Assembly (NCBI RefSeq): GCF_018350175.1 | Contig: NC_058381.1 | Coordinates: 2,170,001 to 2,234,000 of the forward strand | Source of the DNA: Felis catus | Lineage: Eukaryota | Length of the DNA: 64,000 nt | Direction: 5' to 3' | Part shown: positions 54,567 to 64,000 of the stretch, piece after piece | Layout of the letters: every line of letters starts with the position of its first letter | How positions within the stretch are numbered: position 1 is the first letter of the stretch | The notes under the pieces: generated by a model | The model's database searches: none | The model's input: only the letters and a program-made list of their open reading frames with translations | What the model was told of the DNA's origin: nothing | Program-made: the position numbers and the translations under genes

Positions 54567-55889
54567 GAGAGAGAGAGGGAGAGAGAGCGCAAGCAGGGGA
54601 AGGGCAGAGCGAGAAGGAGAGAGAGAATCCCCAGCAGGTTCCACGCTGTCCGTGCAGAGCCCAGTGCGGGGCCCGAACCCACAGAACCATGAGATCACGA
54701 CCTGGGTCGAAATCAAGAGTCAGACGCTTAACGGACTGAACCACCCAGGCGCCCGGAGAAGCGACCACCTTGATAGCTGAGAACGTAGAACATTCTCTCT
54801 GCCCTGAATGGAGTAGCAGTTGGGCAGCCAGCTGGATGTCAGTGGTCAGAAATGCTCCAAGACCTGTTCTAACTTAGGGTGGCAGGCTCTTCCGTGAGCT
54901 GCCGGGAAGGGTAGATGTCAGTTCTCTGCACTGAGAGCAAAGGAAGATCCAGAAAGACGGAACCTGAATTCCTTCCTCTCCTTGCCCGTCCCCCAGGAGC
55001 GGGTTCCAGCCATGAGCTACGTCTCCATCGTGGCCATCTTTGGCTTTGTGGCATTCTTTGAGATTGGCCCCGGGCCCATCCCCTGGTTCATCGTGGCCGA
55101 GCTGTTCAGCCAGGGCCCCCGCCCGGCGGCCATGGCCGTGGCTGGTTTCTCCAACTGGACGTGCAACTTCATCATCGGCATGGGTTTCCAGTACATAGCG
55201 GTAGGTGCCCTGCCCCCGTCCCACCTCCTACCCGGTAGGCCAGGGTGGGGCAGGTCCCCGCCAGCCCCCTTGCTTCCTCCAGCCCCCCACCCCCATCCCC
55301 ATCCCCGACCCCAGGGTCGCTCTGGTGGACCACGTGGGCCCTGAAGACCACCTGCTCCACTAGAGTCGAAGGAGACAAGGGAGCTGAAGGGGTAACGACA
55401 GAAGGGCCTCCGAGCTGTGGTGTAACTGCAGAGTGACGCGCCCAGCTTCACGTCCACACTGCAGGTGGCTGGGGATCCAAGCCGAGCGGAAACGCTCTGG
55501 CCCTCACCATGGTAAAGGCGGCGAAGAATTCCGAGAGAGGCTGGGGAACGGAGAAGCCTTTCCTCCCTCCGCTCTCATTCCTGGTTGCTCCCCCTGCCCC
55601 ACGAAGGAACCACCTGCTGTGTGTGTAGCACCCCCCCCCCCCGCCCTCCCCTCCGTCAACACCTCTTCCTCCGCCTGTCCAGGAGGCGATGGGTCCGTAC
55701 GTCTTCCTTCTGTTCGCGGTCCTTCTGCTCTGCTTTTTCACCTTCACCTTCCTAAGAGTGCCTGAGACCCGAGGCCGGACGTTTGACCAGATCTCTGCCG
55801 ACTTCCGCCGGACGCCCTCTCTCTTAGAGCAGGAGGTGAAGCCCAGCACGGAACTGGAGTACTTGGGGCCGGACGATGAGAATGACTGA
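51051..55889 (+). CDS. SLC2A4: Insulin-responsive glucose transporter GLUT4, 11 exons, 510 aa
   Basis: Exons 51051-51083, 52360-52476, 52593-52765, 52853-52977, 53096-53211, 53313-53475, 53611-53798, 53970-54074, 54188-54289, 54997-55200, 55683-55889 (1533 nt). [29 protein letters not shown], dileucine and TELEY motifs. Confidence 0.98.
54536..54754 (-). mobile_element. Can-SINE in SLC2A4 intron 9
   Basis: Poly-T, (GA)n and reverse head CCACCCAGGCGCCC. Confidence 0.9.
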
Positions 55890-56877
55890 GGGGCCTGGCA
55901 GGGGCGGGAGGGCCGTGCTCTCGCCCACCCCCACCCCCACCCAGACCCCCTCCTCACCTGTGCACTTTAACCCTCTCTTCCCTGTTACTTCCAGGGCGGA
56001 GGAGCCCCCGCAGCCTGGGGGGGGTCGGGAAGCTGGAGGGAAGGGCGGTCTTGGCAACGCGTGTGACTCGTGGATTATTGATGTGGTGTGATTAGGCTGT
56101 GGCCGTCAGGGTGGGCCGTTCTCCCGTCTCGCCCCCTCCTTCCTCCGTGGCCCACCCCACCCACCCCCCACCCTCAGTTCCAGAAGACGTGGCTCCCTTG
56201 CTAGAGAAGGGGGGCTGCAGGGAGGGGAGGCCCGGGGACCGTTCAGCGGGCAGACTGAAGCGGAGAGGACCGGAGCCGTGGCGCCTGCCACCTCGGACTC
56301 GCTCTCCTCCTCTGGCACTTTGCTCTGGGTTCTTGCCTCATAGACTCTGGGCCAAGCGGGTCCAGTTTCGACCCCTCCCAGAGGACGCCCCCTCCCAGGG
56401 CCTACGCTCCCCTCTCCTGGCAGGCTCAGCCCTCTGGGCCCAACCTTCTGGGGCAAGAGGGGAGCACGGGCCAACGCGCGGGGAGAGGGGGCCCTGCTCT
56501 GGTCTCTTCTCCCGTCCCGAAGGGTGTTGTACCCACAAGCTTTTGACCAACTAAGGGAAAGAGGAATTTGAAAGGCGGCCTGTAAACAGGGGTGGGAGGA
56601 GCCTTTCGATACTTTTGTATGTGTCTGGAAAAGGGGCAGGGAGAAGGAACCAAAGGTCCGTTGTACGACGTGTATATAGGAGATGCAGACATAAAGTCGC
56701 CGTACAAGACGCGCGTCCTGTCGTGGGGGTGCCCAAGGACCGGCTGGACAGTGAGCACAGCTCCCCTTCCCCCCGCTGTCTCTCTCACCCTGCCTTAGCT
56801 CAAGGCCAAAGAATCCTCCATAGGCGGTCACTCCGCCCCCACTTGTTTCTAGTCATGTTTTAAAAAACACAAAACAC

Positions 56878-56955
56878 ACACCCGACATGGGGACTGAACC
56901 CATGGCCCTGAGATCAAGAGTCACACGCTCTACACCGAGCCTGCTGGGCGCCCCC
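56878..56955 (-). mobile_element. Short tRNA-head SINE between SLC2A4 and YBX2
   Basis: CTGAACCCATGGCCCTGAGATCAAGAGTCACACGCTCTAC...GGGCGCCCC. Confidence 0.75.
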
Positions 56956-57683
56956 AGTCATTGCTCTTATCGACGGCGAATGAGCAGTAAGTTGGAGCCG
57001 AAAGTGCCAGAGCTGCTCTCGGGACTTTCCAGACCATTCATCCTGCAGGAGAGACACCAGCCCCAGGTTACAGATGGGAAAGGGACTCTCACGGGCCAGA
57101 GACGCCAGGAGGAGGGCTCAAGGCCTGGCCCTGCCTCCCCTTCCACGGGGCCTTAGCAGTGATTCTCCACAGAAAAGAGGCAGAGACAAGACCACAGAAA
57201 AGCCTGTTTTCGTTTTTACTGGAGGCTCAGGTGGCACATGACGGTTCATAAAATGGCTTCAGAGGGACGAGCTGGAAGGGAGACGAAAAATAAACTGGGT
57301 GGGAAAGAAAACAACCAGGAGGAGGGAAGGGCCGGCTGGTTCCTTCTCAGCCTGATTCAGGGGAGGGCGGTGGGGCCTCTGAACAAGAAGGCTGGGTCCC
57401 TTCCCTCCACCCACGGTGGGAGGGAGAGAAAGCAAAAGGCGGTTGTTTGGGCCCTCCTGAGTCTCAAGGAAAAGGGGAAAGCCGCTGTTTCGATGTCAGG
57501 AACTGGGTGAAGGGGGGAGGGGGTGCTGGGGGGGGTACAGAGCAGTTGGAAAAACTGGCAGATAACCTGAGAGAGAGAAACGGATAAATCGTGAGTGGGG
57601 ACTCCTCAGGCACAGCGCCCCACCGCCCGGCGCCGGGGCCGCCGCTCACCAGATGATAGCTCTACGTGTCCTTCGAGTTGGGG

Positions 57684-60600
57684 TCACTCCAGTATGGTGG
57701 TGGGGGGCTCCCCACTGTTGATGGGGGCTGAGGTCTAGAGAGAACAGGGGCAGTCAGCCCCCGACCCCAGCCTTCTCGCACACACCCTTTTTCTTTCCGC
57801 TCCTCCCCAGCTCACACCCACGAGTGGCCGCAGTGGCTCCAAGCAGCGCAAGAGAGGGGTCTGCGGGGGTTTGGGGTCGGGGGGGGGGGGGGCACCTGGG
57901 CTGCGCGGCCTGGAGGATGGGGGGGCTTGCAGTCTGGGCCCTCTGGTTCAGGTGGGGGGCGGGGCGGGGCTGGGTGAGGGGGAAGGGAAAGAGGGCGAGT
58001 GGGCCCCAGCCTGTCCTCTTACCTGCCCCCCACCCCCCAAGCGGCCCAGGTGCTCACCTCCGGGGCTGTGGGCTGCCTGGGTCCGGGCGGCTGCTGCCGC
58101 CGCCGCTGGAAGTAGGGCCGGTTTCGCGGGCGCTGGGGCTCCGGCCGAGACCCGTCCGCGGGGCCCTGGCTGGGCTTGGTCTCACCATCCCCACCTTCTG
58201 TGGTAGGCTGCTGGGGCGGCCTGGGGCGGAAAGGCCTGGGGAGAGGAGCAGGGGGGCCGTGGGGGGAGCAGGGACCCAGTGTGCCCCACCTCCCTCCCGG
58301 GGTTCCCCCAGCAGAGGGGGACCATGGTGCCTCCCCATCCTGCGCCCCCGCCCCAGGAGCCAGGCTTCCTACGCCCTCCCCCACTGGGCCCCTTATCAGT
58401 CATCACGGAGCTGCCAGCCCCTCACCGCCGGCTCCAGATTCTCCTAGAACTTGGCTCTTCCCCCTTCCCGGGAGGGCCCAATGCCGGACAGCAGAGGGAA
58501 GACAGCCCCAGAGAGGGACTCTCACCTTCGGTACCTAGGCCGGAATCTGGGTGGGGGGACCCGCTCGTCTCCCTGCTGTTGGTCCCCCTCCAATGGGGCT
58601 GTCTCTTTGGGCTCCACCCCATCGGTGCCCTAGGAACACACGAAGGCCTGGGGGAGCCTGGGGAACGAGGTCGCCGGGCGTCGGCGGCCCTTCCCAGCCC
58701 TCCGGGGGTCTCTGTTCTCGCGGGCGCCCTTCCCGGGGTGGTAGCGGGTTCCACGTCCCCAGGCCCCCTCACCTCTATAGGCTGCTGCTGGTTGGGGGGC
58801 CGAGGGCCTCTCACAAAGCGCCGTCGGTAGAAGAAGGGGGGCGGGCGCCGCCGCCTGGGCCTCTGCCCGGAGTCCTCGGTGCGCTCCCCTTCGCTGCCTG
58901 GCTCCGTCCCGCCCGACGGGGCCTCGGCCACCATGGGCGGCGGGGCGGCCGGGCGCGGCCGGGGGATGAAGCGGCGGAACCGGCGTCGGTTGGGGGCGTA
59001 GCGGCTGCCCTTGACTGGCACGCCCCCCGGCCCAGTTACGTTCGCAGCTTCGGCGCCCTGGGGAGGGGGCGGGGAGCGCGCCGTGAGACCCTGGCCCAGC
59101 CACACGCGGTCCCGAACCTCCTTCCCCGCGTCCCGCTTCCCTCCGGCTCCTGCCTCCCCCGGGGAAGGAAAGAGCGGCTCCCGGACCCTCGGGGGGTGGG
59201 GGCCGGACGACAGACGCCGGCAAGTGCCGGGTGCAGGACGGAGAAGCCCGGAGGTCACCGGGTGCGGGGCAGGGATGCGGTCTGGAGGCCCCGGGCTAAC
59301 GGGCCCCGTCCCCCGCCGCCCGAACCTTCTCTCCCTCCACGACATCGAACTCCACCGTCTCCCCGTCGCCCACGCTGCGCAGGAACTTCCTGGGGTTGTT
59401 TCTTTTAATGGCCGTCTGGGAGGGGAAAGGCCACGCGAAGGTGAGGGCAGCGGGCCCGAGGCCTCCCTCCCCCCTCCCCCCACCCCCGCCGGGTCCGCCA
59501 CCCCATTTCTCGGTCTTCAGCACCTTCCTTCCTCGTGGCCGGGCCGCAGGGTGAGCGCGGAGGCAGGCCCAGCTTAGCGGGGGAGAAGCCGCGAACTAGG
59601 GCCTCCCGGCAGCCTGTGCCCTCAGCACCGCCCCAGGGCGCACTCCCTCCTCCCTTCGCCCCGCAGGGGTTTCCGAAAGGGAGGCCAGAGACTAGAACTC
59701 AAGGCAGAACACACAGCGGAGGCGTCCGAAGTGGCAAAGTGGGTAAAACGCGCCGCGCCTCTTACCTGGGAGCTCCGGCCGCCGCGGCAGCGGTTCTCAA
59801 ACTGGGGCCGCATCAGCATCACCTGGAGAGCTCGTACAACAGGTGGGCGGGCTCCTCCCCCGAGCCTGACTGATTCGGCACGTCTGGGGTGGGGCCCGAG
59901 AATCTGGCCGCCAGGTGATGCTGCTGCCGCGGGGCCGCACTTTGAGAACCAGCGCACCCAAGTATCGCTAGCCTGTGTCCTTTGCCTCTGAACACTGCCT
60001 AGGATTCCTTCTTGTGTCAACGCGTCCCGATGTAGGTAGTGAGCATGCCGTGACCAGAGGGCAACAAGTTGCTTCTCACAAAGACACCCTGACACAAGTG
60101 GGGCCCATGGTGGTTAACACAGGCACCTGAGGCGGGTGGAAGGGGACCATTTCCTGCGGGGCACGCTGTGCGAGGGGAAGGCAGGAGAAACGCTGTGTGC
60201 GGCTAAGGATTATGGCACAGGCCTTCCAGGAGAGGGTGGGTTCTTCCCCCCACCCAAAGACGACCCAGCACTTACCTGGTGAACAAAGACATCCTCCTTG
60301 GTGTCATTCCTGCGGAACAGGAGGGGTTGTCAGAGGGAGTGACCTTGGTGAGGCCTCCCCAGCTGCCTGTTCCTCAAAGCAGCAGGCCAGCATCCCCTGG
60401 CTTCTTGGGGGTACACAGGACGCATGGGGGGACAGGAGCTGGAAGCTCCAAAAACCTCCCTGAAAAGTCTGGGCTTTGTAAGGGCGGGGGGAGGGGTGCA
60501 AAGTCACCTTGAAGAAGCTGGGCCAGCTCTTACCTGCCGAGGACGCAACCCTCCACCCCAGGGGCACCGTAGGACCTGGCAGGACTGGGTGTAACTGTCC

Positions 60601-62632
60601 CTGGCCAGCACCCCCTCTGTTCCAACCCCCATCCCGGCTGGAAAATCCCCGTGTCTTCCCTCCTACAGTCAAGGAGGAAGGTGGGGTGCAGGCAGAGGAG
60701 CAGAATATGTCTGAGAAGGGGACAACTTGTCAAGAGCCTGCTCTGAACATCCCCAAGACTTTATTCTCGCCCTCAGCCCAGAGGGGAACCCCAGGGTCAG
60801 GCCCCCACTCAACACACCCAGGGACCAAGGATGAGAAACAAGATCATACTCGATCCTTCTCTCTGCCTGCTCGCCCGTCACCCCAGTTTAGCCTAGCATC
60901 CCACGGCGGGGAGGGGAGAACGCAAAGGTTTTCCTTCAGAACCTCCCGGGAGTCCTCAGTTTCCAGAATTAGGGAGGGATCCTTCCCTAGATCAAATGTT
61001 CTAGCTTTAAAGCACTTGGATCTGTACAAAGGTCAGCCTGCTAAGAGGGAACTGGGGCCTCCCAGGAGGGCTGGGCTGGGCAGGGTGCCCGGGCTGGGGA
61101 AGGGCCCGCTGGGGGAGACCTGGCTCTGCTCACAATCAGCCACCACAGTCGCTCCCAGCAGCCCAACCGAAGAGAAGCAGCAAGCAGCCGCCTCTGTCTG
61201 CGGGGCTGGCTTCCTGCCTCGGCCCCAGCCCCCAGCCGGCACCGGCCTCCGGCCCGGCCCCCGGGCCGTCAGGTGGGGGATTCAAATGAGCCAGCAGCCC
61301 TTTCTAAGGGCGGTGAGTCAGGGGACCGTGCTGGGAGCCGCCCTGCACGGGAAACAAGTGAGGACTCCAGCCCCGAGCCCCGAGGCGCAGACAGCAGGTA
61401 CATTCGGCCCCAGAGGTGAAGCAAACCAAAGCACAAGGTGAGACAGACGAGCAGCGGGAGGCCCGGAGCCAGGTTGGCCAAGTTCCTAGATCATTAACTC
61501 TCTGCTGCCCTTGAAGATTCCGAGGCGGCTCCATCCCGCCCACGTTTGTGCTGTGGTTAAAGACTTTCAATCAGCGTCAGCTGGACACTGCAACCACGTG
61601 CCTCGGCAGGGGTAGAGATGGGGCTGGGAAGGTGTCCAGCCCCACAGGCCAGTCTGGAAAACACCCGACCCCCAACCCCCCCCCACACCTGGGGTTCTCA
61701 GATACCTGTTGATGAATCCGTAACCGTTCCGGACGTTGAACCACTTGACGGTGCCCAGGACCTGGATCGCTGCCAGGCAGAAGGGCAGTGGGGACAAGAA
61801 GATGGGGGGAAGAGAGAGAGAGCTGGACTCAGTTTGGAGGCACTCCAGATCCAACCTACCTCCCCATGACCTACGAAGCGCCACTTGAAGCCACCAGTTT
61901 CGCCCAGTGGCTTCAAGGCAATCCTGACCCGGTTCCCCCAAATTGAAGCGCCCGTACAGCAGGGCTCAGGCTTTCATGACCCTTCCATCCCTACGTCCTG
62001 TTCCTCGTGAGCTACAAATCCGGGTCCTTCACCTAGAACTAGGTACTCACCAGGCCCACCAAGTCCTGCCCTAGGGGTTCCTAGCGCACCTGCTGCCCGG
62101 GCTGAGTCAACCAGGCCAAGTCTCCCACCGCGGGGACGTGCCCCGGACCCTAGCTGGACCCACCCACCGCGTCCTTGCTGCCAGGGAGGCGCGGCAGGAC
62201 TTCCCACCAGGGGAACACGCTTGGGTCAGCTGCCCCCAGCCCAGCTAGTCCTTCGAGCCTCCGGGGCCAGGCCCGCCTTCGGCTTTCTGGGTTCTGTGGG
62301 CTCCACGACACTCCTCCCCCAGCCCGTCGACACCCTCAGAGCCGCTCTGGCACGCGCCCCCCCTCACCCAGCACCGGCTTGTCCGCCTGACTCCGGGCCG
62401 GGGTCGCGGGGGTCCCCGAGGCTGCCGTCGCCGGGTTGCCCGGGGTGCGGGGACCCTGCGCCGAGGGGGACCCGGCAGCGGGGCCCGAGGCGGCTCCGAC
62501 CCCGCCGCCTGCCCCGCCGCCTGCTTTCTGTGGCTCCCCCGCGGGCACCGGTACCACCACCGCTACCACCCCTGCCGCCGTCGCGGGCACCGTCGCCGCG
62601 GTCGCCACCGCTGCCGCCTCCGCCTCGCTCAT
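57684..62632 (-). CDS. YBX2: Y-box binding protein 2 (germ-cell MSY2/contrin), 8 coding exons plus a non-coding last exon, 356 aa
   Basis: Exons 62632-62368, 61769-61706, 60309-60276, 59415-59326, 59057-58773, 58629-58526, 58235-58058, 57734-57684 (stop). Cold-shock domain [21 protein letters not shown]. 3'UTR intron 57649-57567; probable AGTAAA signal at 57215-57220. Confidence 0.97.
59788..59954. mobile_element. MER5A-like MITE in YBX2 intron 3
   Basis: Terminal inverted repeats CAGCGGTTCTCAAA / TTTGAGAACCAGCG; internal ATCACCTGG and TCTGGGGTGGGGCCCGAGAAT. Confidence 0.85.
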
Positions 62633-62779
62633 CCCGCCGGGTCCAGTACCGGCCCCCGCCGCCGCCACCGCCGCCACCGCCTCCTCCGCCGCCGCCACCG
62701 CCCCGGCCCCTCCCCCCGGCTCGCAAACCCGTCGCCCCGCTCAGTCCTCGCGCCCCGAGCCTCGCCCGCACGCCGGCAG

Positions 62780-63010
62780 CGGGCCCCGGGACGAGGCCAA
62801 TCGCAGCCCGCAGCCGCGGCGCGCGCAGGCCCCGCCTGCCGCCCCCGGGCCAATCCCAGCGGAGCAGCCCCCCGCCCCGGCCCGCACGCCGGCCACGCCT
62901 CCCGGGCTTCGCAAGGAGGCCGCGACCCGGGCTCGCCACCTCGTAAGTACACCTGGGCCCCGCCCCGAGGCCGTCACGTGACCTCCCCGCCCCAGCCCAT
63001 TGGCCGACGG
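62780..63010. promoter_or_regulatory. YBX2 CpG-island promoter
   Basis: CCAAT at 62797 and 62850, ATTGG at 62999, GC boxes and palindromic GTCACGTGAC at 62973-62982. Confidence 0.7.
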
Positions 63011-64000
63011 CCCCTTTCCCCTCCCCCTCCGCCCCTTTCCACCGGCCGCGGGAAATCAAACGGGCTGGTCGCGCCCCAACCGCCACCTGGCCTGTGCGCG
63101 CAGGGCGGGGCGGGGGGCGCAGCTTCGGGGTTGCCCCTGACGACCCGGGTGCGCGGCCGGCGCCGGCAGCCTCCGCTCTGGCTGCGCGCCGCACCGCTCA
63201 TCTCCGCCCTCGAGACGGCACGTGCCCGCACACCGCCTCCTCCCGGCCCGGGGGATGCCCCGCACGCCCCGGGCCGGGGTCCCCGCCCGCCGAGCGAGCC
63301 TCCAGGCGCCGCGGAAGAACGACTCTCCCAGCTCGCAATTGCTCCCACTTTTATTTTTGAGGTGGGACGCACGGAGAGCGGAATGCACGACTCTGTTGTC
63401 CGCGCAGTCAGCGCCCTAAAGGAGAGAGCTCCCCCCGAGCCCTTTCCAGGCATCCCCGGCCTCCCCAAGGACCGTCGCCGCCGTGATGTCCGGCTCCCCG
63501 CAGCTTCCCCCGCCTTCCTTCTTTGCCTGCACCTGCGCTTGCCGCCACCTAGAACGCACCTCCGTGATTTGCAGAGCAACCTTTTCAAGTACCGGCTGAC
63601 CTATCACTCCTCACCATCACGTCATCCTTTCCTTTTCTCGGGGCGTTTTTGAAAATATGAGCGTATCTCGCCCTGTGCCCCCGCTGCGCTGGACGGAGCT
63701 GGTGGGCGTGCCTGACGCCTGCAGCACTGCCTGGCACAACGTGGACGCTCACTTGTTTCTTGAGTAATCGGATGGTCCCCATTGCACAGATGGGAAGACT
63801 GAGGCCCCGGCGCGAAGCTTGCCCCAGGTTTCCCCGGAGCCCGGGTGCTCGGCCCGGAGCTGCGATCTCCCTCCCGGAGTAGTGCGGCTCCAGAGTCGCT
63901 CCTCCCGAGGGCCGCCGCCCCGCCCCCGCTGCCGGACCCGGGCAGCGCGTATTTTTAGCCGGGACGGTGCGCGTGGACCAGCCTTCGTGCCCCTACGCGC

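Noticed and set aside
60509-61441. 310-aa ORF antisense in YBX2 intron 2
   Set aside because: Non-ATG start, low-information composition and no homology I can recognise.

Overview
This is mammalian genomic DNA from a feliform carnivore, probably a felid, judged from the Can-SINE/SINEC_Fc-type elements. It is not microbial. It is the gene-dense, GC-rich block syntenic to human 17p13.1: DLG4 5' end (-), ACADVL (+, with MIR324 antisense in intron 11), DVL2 (-), PHF23 (-), GABARAP (-), CTDNEP1 (-), ELP5 (+), CLDN7 (-), a repeat-rich ~9 kb interval, SLC2A4/GLUT4 (+) and YBX2 (-). I traced exon/intron structures by hand, and all visible coding exons splice in frame. Four N-gaps fall on GC-rich first exons or 5' regions. 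Most ORFs in the supplied track are by-products of high GC content. I see no evidence for a wholly new biological system. The most noteworthy observations are: (1) an Arg350Trp change in the conserved RXGRR motif of GLUT4, plus an extra Asp in its C-terminal trafficking tail, which may be real or a consensus/damage artefact; (2) a SINE whose target-site duplication copied a CTDNEP1 splice donor; (3) two SINEs inside a single TSD; (4) cryptic degenerate repeats in DVL2 intron 1 and PHF23 intron 1; (5) polyA-signal layouts that predict tail-to-tail overlaps and CTDNEP1-GABARAP read-through. Comparisons to human sequences are from memory and need alignment to confirm.
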